Positions 10,093 through 20,261 of a stretch of DNA of 64,000 bases are shown in pieces. The notes under the pieces were generated by a model. That model was not told where the DNA came from. It saw only the letters and a program-made list of their open reading frames with translations, and searched no databases. The stretch is taken from NCBI GenBank assembly GCA_000091205.1, contig AP006500.2; one strand, 5' to 3'. The stretch's first letter is position 1. Every line of letters starts with the position of its first letter. A program made the position numbers and the translations under genes. Source of the stretch: Cyanidioschyzon merolae. Its lineage: Eukaryota.

Positions 10093-11730
10093 TCAGGCTG
10101 TGATAGAGTCCAGGGCGGCTGTCTCCGCGATCCGACGTCCGCGGCTACCCGAACGGTATCCCGCAAGGAAGCGCTCCCACGGCATAATCGACTGGTGGCC
10201 GTCGCTCCAGTTCACGGCGAGGGCGTAATTCCCGACATTCATCATTTGCATCGGGTATATGTTGTCGTCAACTGAATTCGGATCCAGCAGTTGTTTGCCG
10301 GTACACTCATCCACGCATGCGGCACAACGGCACGCCCTCCGGAGTGCTGCAGGTTGAATGCGCTCCTCCATGTGATCCTGGAGCTGCACCACAATTTCAC
10401 GATGATCTGCATCCCACCTCGCTTGTGGGATGGGTACAGCTCCGAAGCGAACCCGTGCACATTCCTGAACGATGTTTTCGGCGATTCGGCGGTAGCATTG
10501 GAAAATTTCACTCGTCTCGGGGAGCGTGAGCGTTACAGGCGTTCCCGTATCGCCAGCCGCGTTGATCTCGGGCCATAGTGGCACTTGGAACGTGCTGCGA
10601 ATGCCGAACTCTCGCGATATCCGGGCGCTGTGCCCTTTTCCGAAGAGATCATAGCGTTTTCCTGTGTCCGGAGCAACGAAATAGGCCATTGACTCCACGA
10701 CTGCAATCGGCGGAACAGCCATTTTGTCTAGAAGCTGGATACCCTTCACAACGTCGGCGAACGCGAGGCGTTGCGGTGTGGTTACGACAACCGCTGCAGT
10801 GGCCTTCAGCACCTGGCCCAGGGTGATCTGAATATCACCAGTGCCAGGCGGTAAGTCCACCAAAAGGTAATCGAGTGAGCCCCAGTCGGTCTGCTGGATG
10901 AGTTGCGTGAGGAGCGAGGAAACCATGGGTCCTCGTAGCATCGCCGGATCTGAGTTGATGTAACCAAAGCTCATGAGTTTCACACCCGCACGCGTCAGCG
11001 GCACCATGAGCCCGTCTGGGGTCAGTCGAATCCGTTTCTCGTTGTGTTCGGGATTCACCATGATCGGCAGCGATGGCCCGTAGATATCCGCATCGAGAAT
11101 ACCCACTCGAGCGCCGAGCCTTGCCAGCACGAATGCCAGATTCACAGCTGTGGTGGATTTCGCTACGCCGCCTTTGGCGGACGTCACCAGAACGATGTTA
11201 GAAACCTGTGAAAGCGGATCGCGCGATCCTCCCGCTTCAGGTGCCGCTGCACTTGGCGTCTGGGCTGTTAGCCGTACGTTCGCACGCGTGACGAACGGCA
11301 GGCTCTCCGCAAGCCTCGTGCATTCCTCACGAAAACGCTCCTTAATGGGGCATGCTGGCGTCGTCAGCTCAACATCGAACGATACGGTTCCATAGTGTTC
11401 ATCACCTCCGAACTGTATATTCTTCACAAACCCCAGCGTCACAATGTCCTGCCCCAAGTCGGGGTCCACGACTGCTTTCAGCGCAGAGAGCAGTTGCTCT
11501 GTTTTATCTGCGACGCTAAGTGGACGCTCAGACTCGTTGGCACAACAGACCAATCGACGTCTTTGGGTTGAAAGCCTTACATTCCGAGCGCTTTTGACTG
11601 GCTGCCTGCAGCCGCTGCCCCAGTACCCCCTGGCGCACGCAGCACAGCCTGGTGCCCGCCGCTGCAAACGACCTGCCGCCGCGACACCTAACGAACAGAA
11701 TGCTAGACTTGTGACAGTGCCTTGCTCCAT
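10093..11730 (-). CDS. HCF101: HCF101-type Fe-S cluster assembly ATPase: N-terminal DUF59/MIP18-like domain, Mrp/NBP35 ParA-type P-loop NTPase, C-terminal DUF971; with an N-terminal targeting-like extension
   Basis: The DUF59-like region is DKTEQLLSALKAVVDPDLGQDIVTLGFVKNIQF...TTPACPIKERF. The deviant Walker A is VTSAKGGVAKSTTAVNLAFVLA, and the Mrp motifs DYLLVDLPPGTGD and VVESMAYF are present. The C-terminal DUF971-like region is QLQDHMEERIQPAALRRACRCAACVDECTG...YALAVNWSDGHQSIMPWERF. This three-domain order is diagnostic of HCF101 rather than NBP35/Cfd1/Ind1. The track start 11796 is TTG; the first ATG is at 11730 (checked). The N-terminus is rich in S, R, A and C. Confidence 0.88.
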   Translation of the reverse strand: MEQGTVTSLAFCSLGVAAAGRLQRRAPGCAACARGYWGSGCRQPVKSARNVRLSTQRRRLVCCANESERPLSVADKTEQLLSALKAVVDPDLGQDIVTLGFVKNIQFGGDEHYGTVSFDVELTTPACPIKERFREECTRLAESLPFVTRANVRLTAQTPSAAAPEAGGSRDPLSQVSNIVLVTSAKGGVAKSTTAVNLAFVLARLGARVGILDADIYGPSLPIMVNPEHNEKRIRLTPDGLMVPLTRAGVKLMSFGYINSDPAMLRGPMVSSLLTQLIQQTDWGSLDYLLVDLPPGTGDIQITLGQVLKATAAVVVTTPQRLAFADVVKGIQLLDKMAVPPIAVVESMAYFVAPDTGKRYDLFGKGHSARISREFGIRSTFQVPLWPEINAAGDTGTPVTLTLPETSEIFQCYRRIAENIVQECARVRFGAVPIPQARWDADHREIVVQLQDHMEERIQPAALRRACRCAACVDECTGKQLLDPNSVDDNIYPMQMMNVGNYALAVNWSDGHQSIMPWERFLAGYRSGSRGRRIAETAALDSITA

Positions 11731-12969
11731 AGCGCTCCTCTTCTCAGAAATAGTGACCAGAAAACTTTTCGTATGGTAGCCGCTCAACACGAACAACTCG
11801 CGCTCAAAACCTCACAGCACCGAGTGCTTGGTGCAACGAACAGACGCTTCCGCGGACACAGTGCCCACACGAGAACGTCGAGTGCAGCTCGTTCGAGACG
11901 CACACACTGAGCCCTACCGCTACACACAAGGAGAAACTGTGGACACTGCTCAAGGCTGGTTGGCACCAAGCACACACCAAAAGGTAACAGCTTTCGTGCG
12001 GCTTCGAAGAAAAAGCACGCGTTGCGCTGCTGCCTTACGGAGGCTGCTCCAGCGGCTCGGGCGACGGCAGCGCAAACCGATGGCGTGGACCTGCGGTGCA
12101 CAAACGCACACGCGGTGGCAGTCCCAGAGTCGCAAAACGCCTACTCTTTCTTTTCCTGGGATCTGTCTGAGGACACAGACTCAATGGGACATTCTTCTGC
12201 TCGTTCTACTGCTGACTTTCGATGTTGTACGAGCGTTTTATGTTCATGTCCAACCTCGATGTGCCAAGTTCAACAACAAGGGTTCAAGGGATGCATCGGT
12301 AGTTTCGGGATTGAAGGACGCGCTTGCTGCTGTCGGGGTCGGAGCGCCCGCTATGCTGCGCATTTTCTGGTGTAGGCGCAATGAACTTAACCAGAATTTC
12401 CCGAATGTGCGACTGCGCTCGACACTGAACGCGGAGATCACGGTTGCTTCACAGTGACCTGTGCATCGCGTGTGCTCCATCCTGGTGTTCCCGCTCAGCA
12501 CAGCGGATGGATCCGTCTTGTGCGCCGCCGGATCCCGAGTCTTCCACGGGTGCTTGGCGAAACCCTTGAGGCATCCGTGCCGTCGTCACCACACGGCAAC
12601 AGACCGAGTTTGAGATCCCTCTACGGGCGACTGCTCGAGATGTAGCGATGGATGCATCACGGCCGCTAGCGCTTTGCAGAGGCAGCGCAATGTTGCGACA
12701 AGTGACGGGCGTTGGCTCCGGACAGCGCATACCGCATATGTGCGCACTATTCCCATACAATACCCAGACTTTGTGCAACCGCCATTCATAAACACAAGCT
12801 TGATGATTTACATAGCATTGGAGGTTTCGTTATCGAACACCTGTCCCCTGTGACGGACCGGGCAGCTTCGGCGTTCCGCGCACATCTACGGACACAATGC
12901 ACTGCCGCCAAACAACTTGTTGTTGCTTGCATCCAGGTCCATGAAAAAGCAATGATCGAGCCTGTAGGC

Positions 12970-13692
12970 TTATCGGGGTGGCATCTCAGCTTCGACGAGC
13001 TTCCCGCTCGCATACATCCATTTCCCGCGCTCTTTCACGAAGCGACTCCGTTCTATGAAGAAACCGAGGGCGCCTTCGTAGATGAGATTCGCACGAAACT
13101 GAATAAAGGATACATCGGGGCTCGCGGTCTTCTCATCAAGGACCTCCATACCCGGAAAGCGATACAAGTCGCAGAACTCCAGAATGTCTGCCTCCCAGCG
13201 GTTCCAGTCGTCCGTATAGTCCGGGTTTGTTTTCGAAGTGGTCCGCATGATAAACCCGGGTAAGCGATAGGCGAAAGCCGAGTATCGAGCACGCAAAAGC
13301 TCTTCTGCTTCTGCGGGTGCCTTTGAGTTCGTATGAAAGGGCATGCAGCAGTTCCGATACGTCCTGCCGCTCCCGCAAGCGCAGGGTATCTCCGGGTTTT
13401 GCGGGACGCGGTCTGAACGTGTTCGTTTCTTCCCAACACCATAGGAGAGGAAACCACCAAAAAGCGCACCACGGGGCAGAATGCTCCCCGAAAGATCGTT
13501 ATCTTGGTCGCGAGGCTCGTCAACGTTCCCGCCCCGGCAGGTAAGCTTCGGCACGCTTGAGCGACCTCGGTGGCGACTATGGCGCCCTGCAGCCGCTAGG
13601 AGACTCTGCCGCACAGCAAGGGCGCTTGTTCGAAGACCACGACATGGACTGCGCCCATACTTTCCCGAAAACCCCGCCAAACCGCAAAACAT
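12970..13692 (-). CDS. SEC-C motif protein of the YchJ/UPF0225 family (SecA-C-terminal-type metal-binding motif plus an NTF2-like domain), with a presequence-like N-terminus
   Basis: The SEC-C motif PCACGSGRTYRNCC is followed by EELLRARYSAFAY...DDWNRWEADILEFCD...SFIQFRANL...FIERSRFVKERGKWMYASG, which is characteristic of YchJ-like proteins. ORF 12970..14052 begins at GTG. In-frame ATGs lie at 14046 and 13692; I chose 13692 because the stretch upstream of it is R-rich and low-complexity. The true start is uncertain. Confidence 0.65.
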   Translation of the reverse strand: MFCGLAGFSGKYGRSPCRGLRTSALAVRQSLLAAAGRHSRHRGRSSVPKLTCRGGNVDEPRDQDNDLSGSILPRGALFGGFLSYGVGKKRTRSDRVPQNPEIPCACGSGRTYRNCCMPFHTNSKAPAEAEELLRARYSAFAYRLPGFIMRTTSKTNPDYTDDWNRWEADILEFCDLYRFPGMEVLDEKTASPDVSFIQFRANLIYEGALGFFIERSRFVKERGKWMYASGKLVEAEMPPR

Positions 13693-15191
13693 GGGCCTGA
13701 CTTTGCCAAAAGTTCCACAGCACACTCGTTTACGCTGCAATGGAAGAGAGACGACATTTCCGATTGCGCTGGATCGCATGAACGACGCGCGAGCTGGACA
13801 CCTGCTCCGTCGACCAGTACGTATATCGAGTGCAGGAATCGATTGTATACGATGCCCTTTGATGCGTTCAGGACGATATACAAGCATCAAGAGCGCGGGT
13901 GCATGCCAAAACAGGTAGAGAGGAAGCTCGTAGAACAGAGACGGTTGCACGAGACGCTGCAGGGTAAGCTGACCGGACCTCACATGGCAAGGCAATCGTT
14001 GGTGAGAGGCTTTCCATGGCGGGATCCCTCCAGCAACCATACGCATAAGCACATTCTGAACCGAGACTTGATGCCTCGATCAAAATCCGGAATCGTCTCG
14101 TGGCTCCTTGGCGTCCTGCGGCTTTGCATCAAGCGAACTTTCGACGGAATCGTTTAGTGGTCCGTATGTGCATTGAGATGAAACGCTGCAGATTTAGGAC
14201 GAAAAAACTCAGTAGCGCGGAGAGGCGGCATTGTACGCTCCAATGGATCAAGGCATTAGGATGTTAGGGTGCAGCCTCCCAGAATAACTCGAGCGCCGTA
14301 TCTATTCACCAAGAACAGTTTCCCTGGGCAACTCGGGAACGATTACAGTCTTCCATCATTCGACAGTGTTGTGTTTACCAGGGACGATTCCGCTCACCAG
14401 ATCGGTCCTGGAGGCAGTGCAATTTTTTCACCCGAGGCAACGCAAGCGACAGCTCAGTTTTCCATGAAATGCTCTTCGGCTGTGTGCTGAAGCCGTAGCC
14501 GCTGGGGTCATGCCGCGTGCATCTGCACTTGCCTGCGGCCTGTGTTCACATATCGCGAGGCTGCATGAGGTGTCCGAAGCGGAACCTAGCACCTGAACAT
14601 GCACCTGTGCACTTGTTCCTCGCGCAGCCGATTTGGCTCTCAGCTGAGCTCTGTAAACTGCAATGCTCCCTTGGAGGACGCGGGTCGGATACGCGCTTCT
14701 CGCAAAGAAACCGCGGGCGATAATGGACACATGTGGCGACCGAGACGCACTTTTGCGGTCGAAGCGTTCACCCAGCAGATTGGGGAGCAGCAGGACCATA
14801 CCCGGCGCTTCCATATCCTCAAATCTTGATGAAGGGAACGCGTCTTGAATAGGCGGGTGTGTCGGCGGTTTGGGGACGCTGTGCAAGCCGCACAGCCCGC
14901 TCGGATTCCCCGTTGTACCGAGCCGTCAAAGCGAGCCACCGTAGACGCCCAGCGGTTTCGATGCAAGGCTCCATATGCCGTGCCTACCGCATTTCTTGAC
15001 TGAATCGACACAGATGGTCTACTTTCCTGGACGTAGGAGCTTGTTGGATAATCCTGAGGCACCCGCTCTGGCGTGCTTTCAGGAGAACGCATCGACGAGC
15101 GCCTGGAGCGCACCGCTGGCACCGGCTAGATGCATCAGCGGCATTAGAGTTCCCACACATACGATCGGCTTTATGGACCAAGTCGTGCCGA

Positions 15192-17219
15192 TCAGCGCGT
15201 GAGCTGATCCAATTCATCGACCAGAGCACCAAAGCGCCGCAGCGCCGCTTGAACCGGCTCCGGACTTGTCATGTCGACACCGGCAATGCGCAAGGCATCA
15301 ATGGGATCCACGCTCGATCCCGCTCGCAGGAAGGCGAAGTAGGCATCTCGTTCTGCCGTGCCGCCGCTGAGCACCCGCTCCGCAAGAGCGAGTGCTGCGC
15401 TGATCCCCGTCGCGTACTGGTACACGTAGAAATTGTAGTAGAAATGGGGAATGCGGAAGAGCTCCCATTCAATCGCCTCGTCGATACAAACGCCATCCGT
15501 TCCAAACCACTCTTCATTGAGTGTGCGATATGTCTGCCGGAGCGTTGCAGGCGTCAAGGGATGACCTTCCTCCGCCATTCTATGGATACGTAATTCGAAA
15601 TCCGCAAACATTGCTTGACGGAAGAGTGTACCACGTAAATCCTCTAGCGACCGGTTCACGAGATACGCCTTTTCCGCCCTGCTGTTGGCTTTCGTGCGAA
15701 AGAGATAACGGGAGTAAAGCTCCTCATTGAACGTTGAGGCAACCTCTGCGACAAAGATCGAATAGTCTGCATAGTGATAGGGTTGATGTTGGCGACTGAA
15801 ATGACTATGCATCGAGTGCCCGAGCTCATGCGCCAGCGTGAACGCGTCATTAATGTTCGCCGGGTCGTAATTATGAAGAATGTACGGCTCGCTGTCATAA
15901 CAGCCGGATGAATATGCGCCACTGCGCTTGCCTTTGTTCTCGTAACGATCCACCCAACGGCGTTCTCCGAGCCCGGCAGACGCGACCCGCAGGTATTCGT
16001 CTCCGAGGGGTGCCAGCGATGCCAGTACGGACTTGACAGCGTCCTCGTACGGCATGGCGAGGTCCACGTCAGGAATAAGTGGTGCATACATGTCATACAT
16101 GTGAATACGGCCGTCGTCCTCACGATCCACACCCAAGAGGCGCCGCCGTAGCGCAACGTATCGATGATGATGGTGCAGACCATGCTTGCGAATGGTATCC
16201 AAGAGGTTTTCGTAGACTTTCGTGGGGATCGCGTTCGGTGTCAGCGCCGCCTCGAGAGCCGAGCGATATCGTCGCGCTTTGGCATGGAACACATGCGTCT
16301 CGACCGCGCCCGAAAGCAGCTCTGCGAGCGTGTTCTCAAACGAACGATACTTCCCGTGAAGCGTCGTGAATGCGTTCCGACGCAGGGTGCGGTCTTTGCT
16401 GCGCATCAATGTGCCGTAACTCCCATGAGATAGAGCAATCGAGTTCCCCTGGCCATCCTGAACGAATCCAAAGTCAAAGTCGGCGTCATTCATCGCAGAA
16501 AACGCCCGAGCTGATGCGGACGTCGCTTTCGTCGAGGCCGCGAGGAGTGCCTCCTCGCTTGCGCTCAGTGTATGCGCCTTTTGTCGACGAATTCGCTCTA
16601 GGTAGTGCTTGTACGGCTCAAGGCCTTTCCCAGGTTCCAGATAGTCATTCGGCACCTCCACCAACTCCGGCTCGAGGAAAGATGTCTGCTCTGCATAGCG
16701 GGTGTGCAAGTCCACGGCTCGCGCGTACATGCTCTTGGCTGCTTCGTTCCGCAAGTCCTCATCGTGCAAGAGATGAGCATACGTATACACACGCTCAATC
16801 ACGCGGGCTATCCTCAGGTACTCTTCGAGAGCCTGGCGAACGGTTTCGGGTGACTGTGTCACGCGCCCACGGAAGGAAAGCAGCTTCTCCCACGGCCCTG
16901 AACATGCAGTAAAGTCCCGCTCCCACTCCGACTTGTCCGCGTATAGACGAGACAGGTCCCATTGATCGCTCTCGGGCACTTGATCACGTTCCGGAACACC
17001 GATGGTAGCAGTTTCGCGGGTAGCCACCGGTGCTGGTGAAAGCAAGACCCGCACAGCACCCGCCGTTCGACAAAGTGACTGGTGAACAGGCGAGATCGAC
17101 ATTGACGTGGTCCCTGGCATCCAACGAGGAGACCTAGTTCGGCGGCAACACTTTCCCCAGCGCTGTTGCGACCGGAGCAAGCTCGTTGACTGGACGATGA
17201 AAGACGGGCGATAACGCAT
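15192..17219 (-). CDS. M3B family oligoendopeptidase F (PepF-type zinc metallopeptidase) with a probable organellar presequence
   Basis: The zinc-binding HEXXH is in TLAHELGHSMHSHFS. The PepF-like N-terminal block WDLSRLYADKSEWERDF and the overall ~600-aa PepF layout are present. The track start 17225 is GTG. ATGs lie at 17219 and 17120 (both checked). The stretch MPGTTSMSISPVHQSLCRTAGAVRVLLSPAPVATR looks like a transit peptide or presequence. Confidence 0.82.
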   Translation of the reverse strand: MRYRPSFIVQSTSLLRSQQRWGKCCRRTRSPRWMPGTTSMSISPVHQSLCRTAGAVRVLLSPAPVATRETATIGVPERDQVPESDQWDLSRLYADKSEWERDFTACSGPWEKLLSFRGRVTQSPETVRQALEEYLRIARVIERVYTYAHLLHDEDLRNEAAKSMYARAVDLHTRYAEQTSFLEPELVEVPNDYLEPGKGLEPYKHYLERIRRQKAHTLSASEEALLAASTKATSASARAFSAMNDADFDFGFVQDGQGNSIALSHGSYGTLMRSKDRTLRRNAFTTLHGKYRSFENTLAELLSGAVETHVFHAKARRYRSALEAALTPNAIPTKVYENLLDTIRKHGLHHHHRYVALRRRLLGVDREDDGRIHMYDMYAPLIPDVDLAMPYEDAVKSVLASLAPLGDEYLRVASAGLGERRWVDRYENKGKRSGAYSSGCYDSEPYILHNYDPANINDAFTLAHELGHSMHSHFSRQHQPYHYADYSIFVAEVASTFNEELYSRYLFRTKANSRAEKAYLVNRSLEDLRGTLFRQAMFADFELRIHRMAEEGHPLTPATLRQTYRTLNEEWFGTDGVCIDEAIEWELFRIPHFYYNFYVYQYATGISAALALAERVLSGGTAERDAYFAFLRAGSSVDPIDALRIAGVDMTSPEPVQAALRRFGALVDELDQLTR

Positions 17220-17439
17220 ATGCACGCAAGTCCTTGCGCACGAGCGCTACTGCTCCAAATGTCTGGCAAGCTTGTGAGAGGCGGCAGGCCCTGATGCCTG
17301 CATAAGGGTGCAGCGTCTCTCACTGTATAAATTGTTCGTGTTTGTCATAGATTGTGTTCAATGGAACAAGAAACCTTTCGCTGCCACGGATGGTCACTAA
17401 ATACCCACGCACAGACGCCTCCAAGTCATTTTATGGCCG

Positions 17440-18850
17440 GGCACCTACGATCGGCTTCAGTTTCTACCTGCACACTTCGAGCCTGAGGGGTTGTCCCCAT
17501 GAAGTAAGATCGCGTCAACTCCACGGGTCTCAGCTACAGCACCGCACGTCTCCTGATATCGAGGGCGGCATGGAGGTCTTGGTTGAAGAACTCCTTGCGT
17601 GCATTGATGCCGGTTGAACTCACCAAGGCATGGAGGAGTCCTCGAACTCGTATCCTCTACTCCACGAAAACCTCTTCACCGTCATGTCGGGCAAACACTG
17701 TTGCTCGCTTATCTCCACCCTTCTTATTCTTCGTCACTTGCTCTTCTGCGCTCGATGGACGGCGGGACGAGAATTTTCTTCGTTCTTTCGTGGAACCCCG
17801 GGATGACGGCCCTCTACTACCGCCGACTTCCATCCCCGAAACTTTTCTTTAGATTTTTGTACGTTGGAAATGAATGCACTTGTTTATGTCCCTAGGTGAG
17901 GTCCGTCCCGGAGGGAGAGGGACTTTCGGGACAGAGACGACATGTGCACCGGTGTGCCGCCGTGTGTTGAACGCTTCAGCGATTCACCCAAAGGATCCGT
18001 CGGTACTTTTAACGATACAAAGCACTCCTTCAATACCGTTGAACCATGGAGCGTACCGAGGAATGAAAAGCAGCTCTATGCCGATCGAATCGCCAATAGC
18101 TCGAATGCAGCGGCAATGGTGAAATACCACGTTGTCCAATGGAAGGATGTCGCCAGACGCTAGTGGAAAAGTCGTCGATGATGCGACGAAGCGGTTGGCG
18201 GTCCTGCATGCGCCTTCTCTACGGGCAAAACTGAGGCAGCCAAATAATTCCACTCCAGCTAGACCAGGGGATGATATCGTCGTTCTCTTCGAATTCAATC
18301 GTACATTCAACTGGCTCCTTGCTCCGCGAATATCCGAAAACACTCCAACTGTTTGGTCCGAAAGACGTCTCATCGACTGGAAAAACAAACTGACGTCCCT
18401 CTGCTTCATTCCGATCGCGACGTTCCAGGAACACTGTAGCTGCGATTTCGGCGGAAGAAGGCTGTGTGTGAAATTGGACTCTGTTTTTGCAACCGTATCC
18501 CCGTGGTTTCGGTACGACACGAACAATCCGCTCAGAAGCAGAGACGCTGGTGTCAGCCTCTATCGTCGCTTTGCCTTTCGTAAGGAGATCAACTGGCCGT
18601 TTTCTACCATCGACAGCGAGCAGACTTGGAGAATATCCGGTTTTGACGAAGAGCGCGTATAATTGTTTCTTTCAGTGTTCCTAAAGCATCTGAGTACTGT
18701 GGTATGACTGACCTGATGGAGGAGTGCAGTCCTCCTCGCTCTGTGCAGTAAAGAGTATATATCTTATAGGCGATTCGTCTACGGTCGATGGGGTACATTG
18801 TACGGGGATTTCGATCCCCTGCTATGCACCGCAGCGGAAGTGAAACAGAA
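17440..18850 (-). mobile_element. Tc1/mariner-type DNA transposon, ~1.4 kb, degenerate (frameshifted transposase on the minus strand, imperfect TIRs); copy A
   Basis: Minus-strand ORF fragments give FVFPVDETSFGPNSW (first D region), LPLDNVVFHHCRC (the DN..H region) and LFIPRYAPWFNGIEGV (matching the LP.YSPDLNPIE box). The ends are inverted-repeat-like: 17440-17500 against the reverse complement of 18790-18850. About 1.3 kb is alignable along its length, on the same strand, with the segment 43540-44920. Confidence 0.6.
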
Positions 18851-19900
18851 ACGATTCGAAAGACTGGAAGGCGTACGGATTCATAGCCAGATTCAGGATT
18901 TTCGGTCATGCCTTCCGCGTCGCATCTTGGAATCTTTGCTGCTGGAATTCATGACGACACTGGCATTACAATGATTCACGACGCCTACGAACAAGGTTTC
19001 GTACAATGGACGATACGATCATCCAATTCAAGCGTACAAGCGTCCATTCTTCTCGATTCCTTACGGAAAGCATGCTCGAATGACGTATTATTCAGATTTT
19101 GGATCTTTCTGTTTTAAGGCAACTCGTTGGTGCAGCCATTCGCGTCGCTGGATGGACCAGAAAACAAAACTCGTTGTCGCACAGTGACAGCTTCTTCACG
19201 GATTCATGCCTACAGTTCCCAGAATATTGCACGTCAGAGAAGCGGTTCCGTTCGAATCACAAATCCTCCACTCTTCATGGCCATCGATGAAATGGCATTC
19301 CACAGTAGCGCGGCACCTCTCACGGGATATGCTCCAAGCGGTTCCAGTTTCATCTTCTTGAATCGAAAAGGGTCTTGGACTCCGAATCCAGTCATCATGT
19401 CGTTCGCTGCCCATGGAGCGTGCGTCACCGCTTCGCCCGAATGGAGCCTAGAGATATCGACAGTTCTCGATTTGTTCTCCCACACTGATTTTGCTTCCGC
19501 TGCATGCTTCATGATGGACAAGATCGCGTTCCACAAATCCTCTCTCGAATGCAACAGCGTGCACTTGTGCATGCAGCGCACAGCGTACTCGACGATATGA
19601 GCAGCCTGAACAAGCGCTTGATCGAAGCATACGGAAACGGGCCCGGAAACGAAGGAGTGCAACGAGGGGCGACTTTTGCATCTGTCAAGGGCACGTAACG
19701 AGTGATGACGCCAGCATTCACGCTGGATAGTCCAGCGTTTGGCGGAACAGGTGTCGCGGACGTATGGGAGCAACTCAGCACATCTAAGAGCCACGATTGC
19801 GCTGGACGCACCAAGTCTGTGTACAGAGACGGTGCGAATGGCAAGCACAGCATAGATCACTACTGCCATATGTGCATGAAGTGCTTTGACAACGGGTGAA
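18850..19900 (+). mobile_element. Decayed pogo/DDE_1-like transposon fragment, copy 2, directly abutting Tc1-like copy A
   Basis: MIHDAYEQGFVQWTIRSSNSSVQAS matches copy 1. The DDE_1 motifs are LFMAIDEMAFHS and FMMDKIAFHKSS. The tail ...NKRLIEAYGNGPGNEG is shared with the minus-strand copies. Confidence 0.6.
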
Positions 19901-20261
19901 AGCTACGAAATCGGGACTTGAGCGCTGCCATCAGCATCCTCGGACGGCTAATAATTCAGCTGGAGCGGAAGCAGAGACCAGCGAATCTAAACCCGGAGAG
20001 AAGAGACATGGATAGAAAGCACCCGCAGAACAACCCGAAAAAGACTTGTGTTGATGATCGGTGGACGAGTCCAACATTTTACGGGGTACGCGCGATTGAA
20101 CTACCCGAACCTGTTCTATTTTATGCTTACTTGGGTGTCGTGCGCTTTCGAGCATGAACGTGATGCGAGGCGCTTTCGGAACGCGTTTCTGCAGGGGCGC
20201 CGCGGGTCGGAACCCAGAAACGAACGCTTGAACACTTCAGTCGACGAGATCGTCGCTCTGC

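Noticed and set aside
18760-18850. tRNA-like T-arm string (gggatttcgatcccct...caccgc) near 18810; similar strings at 36200 and 44870
   Set aside because: No acceptor or anticodon stem can be folded. The string recurs in all three copies of the Tc1-like element ends, so it is part of the transposon terminal region, not a tRNA gene.
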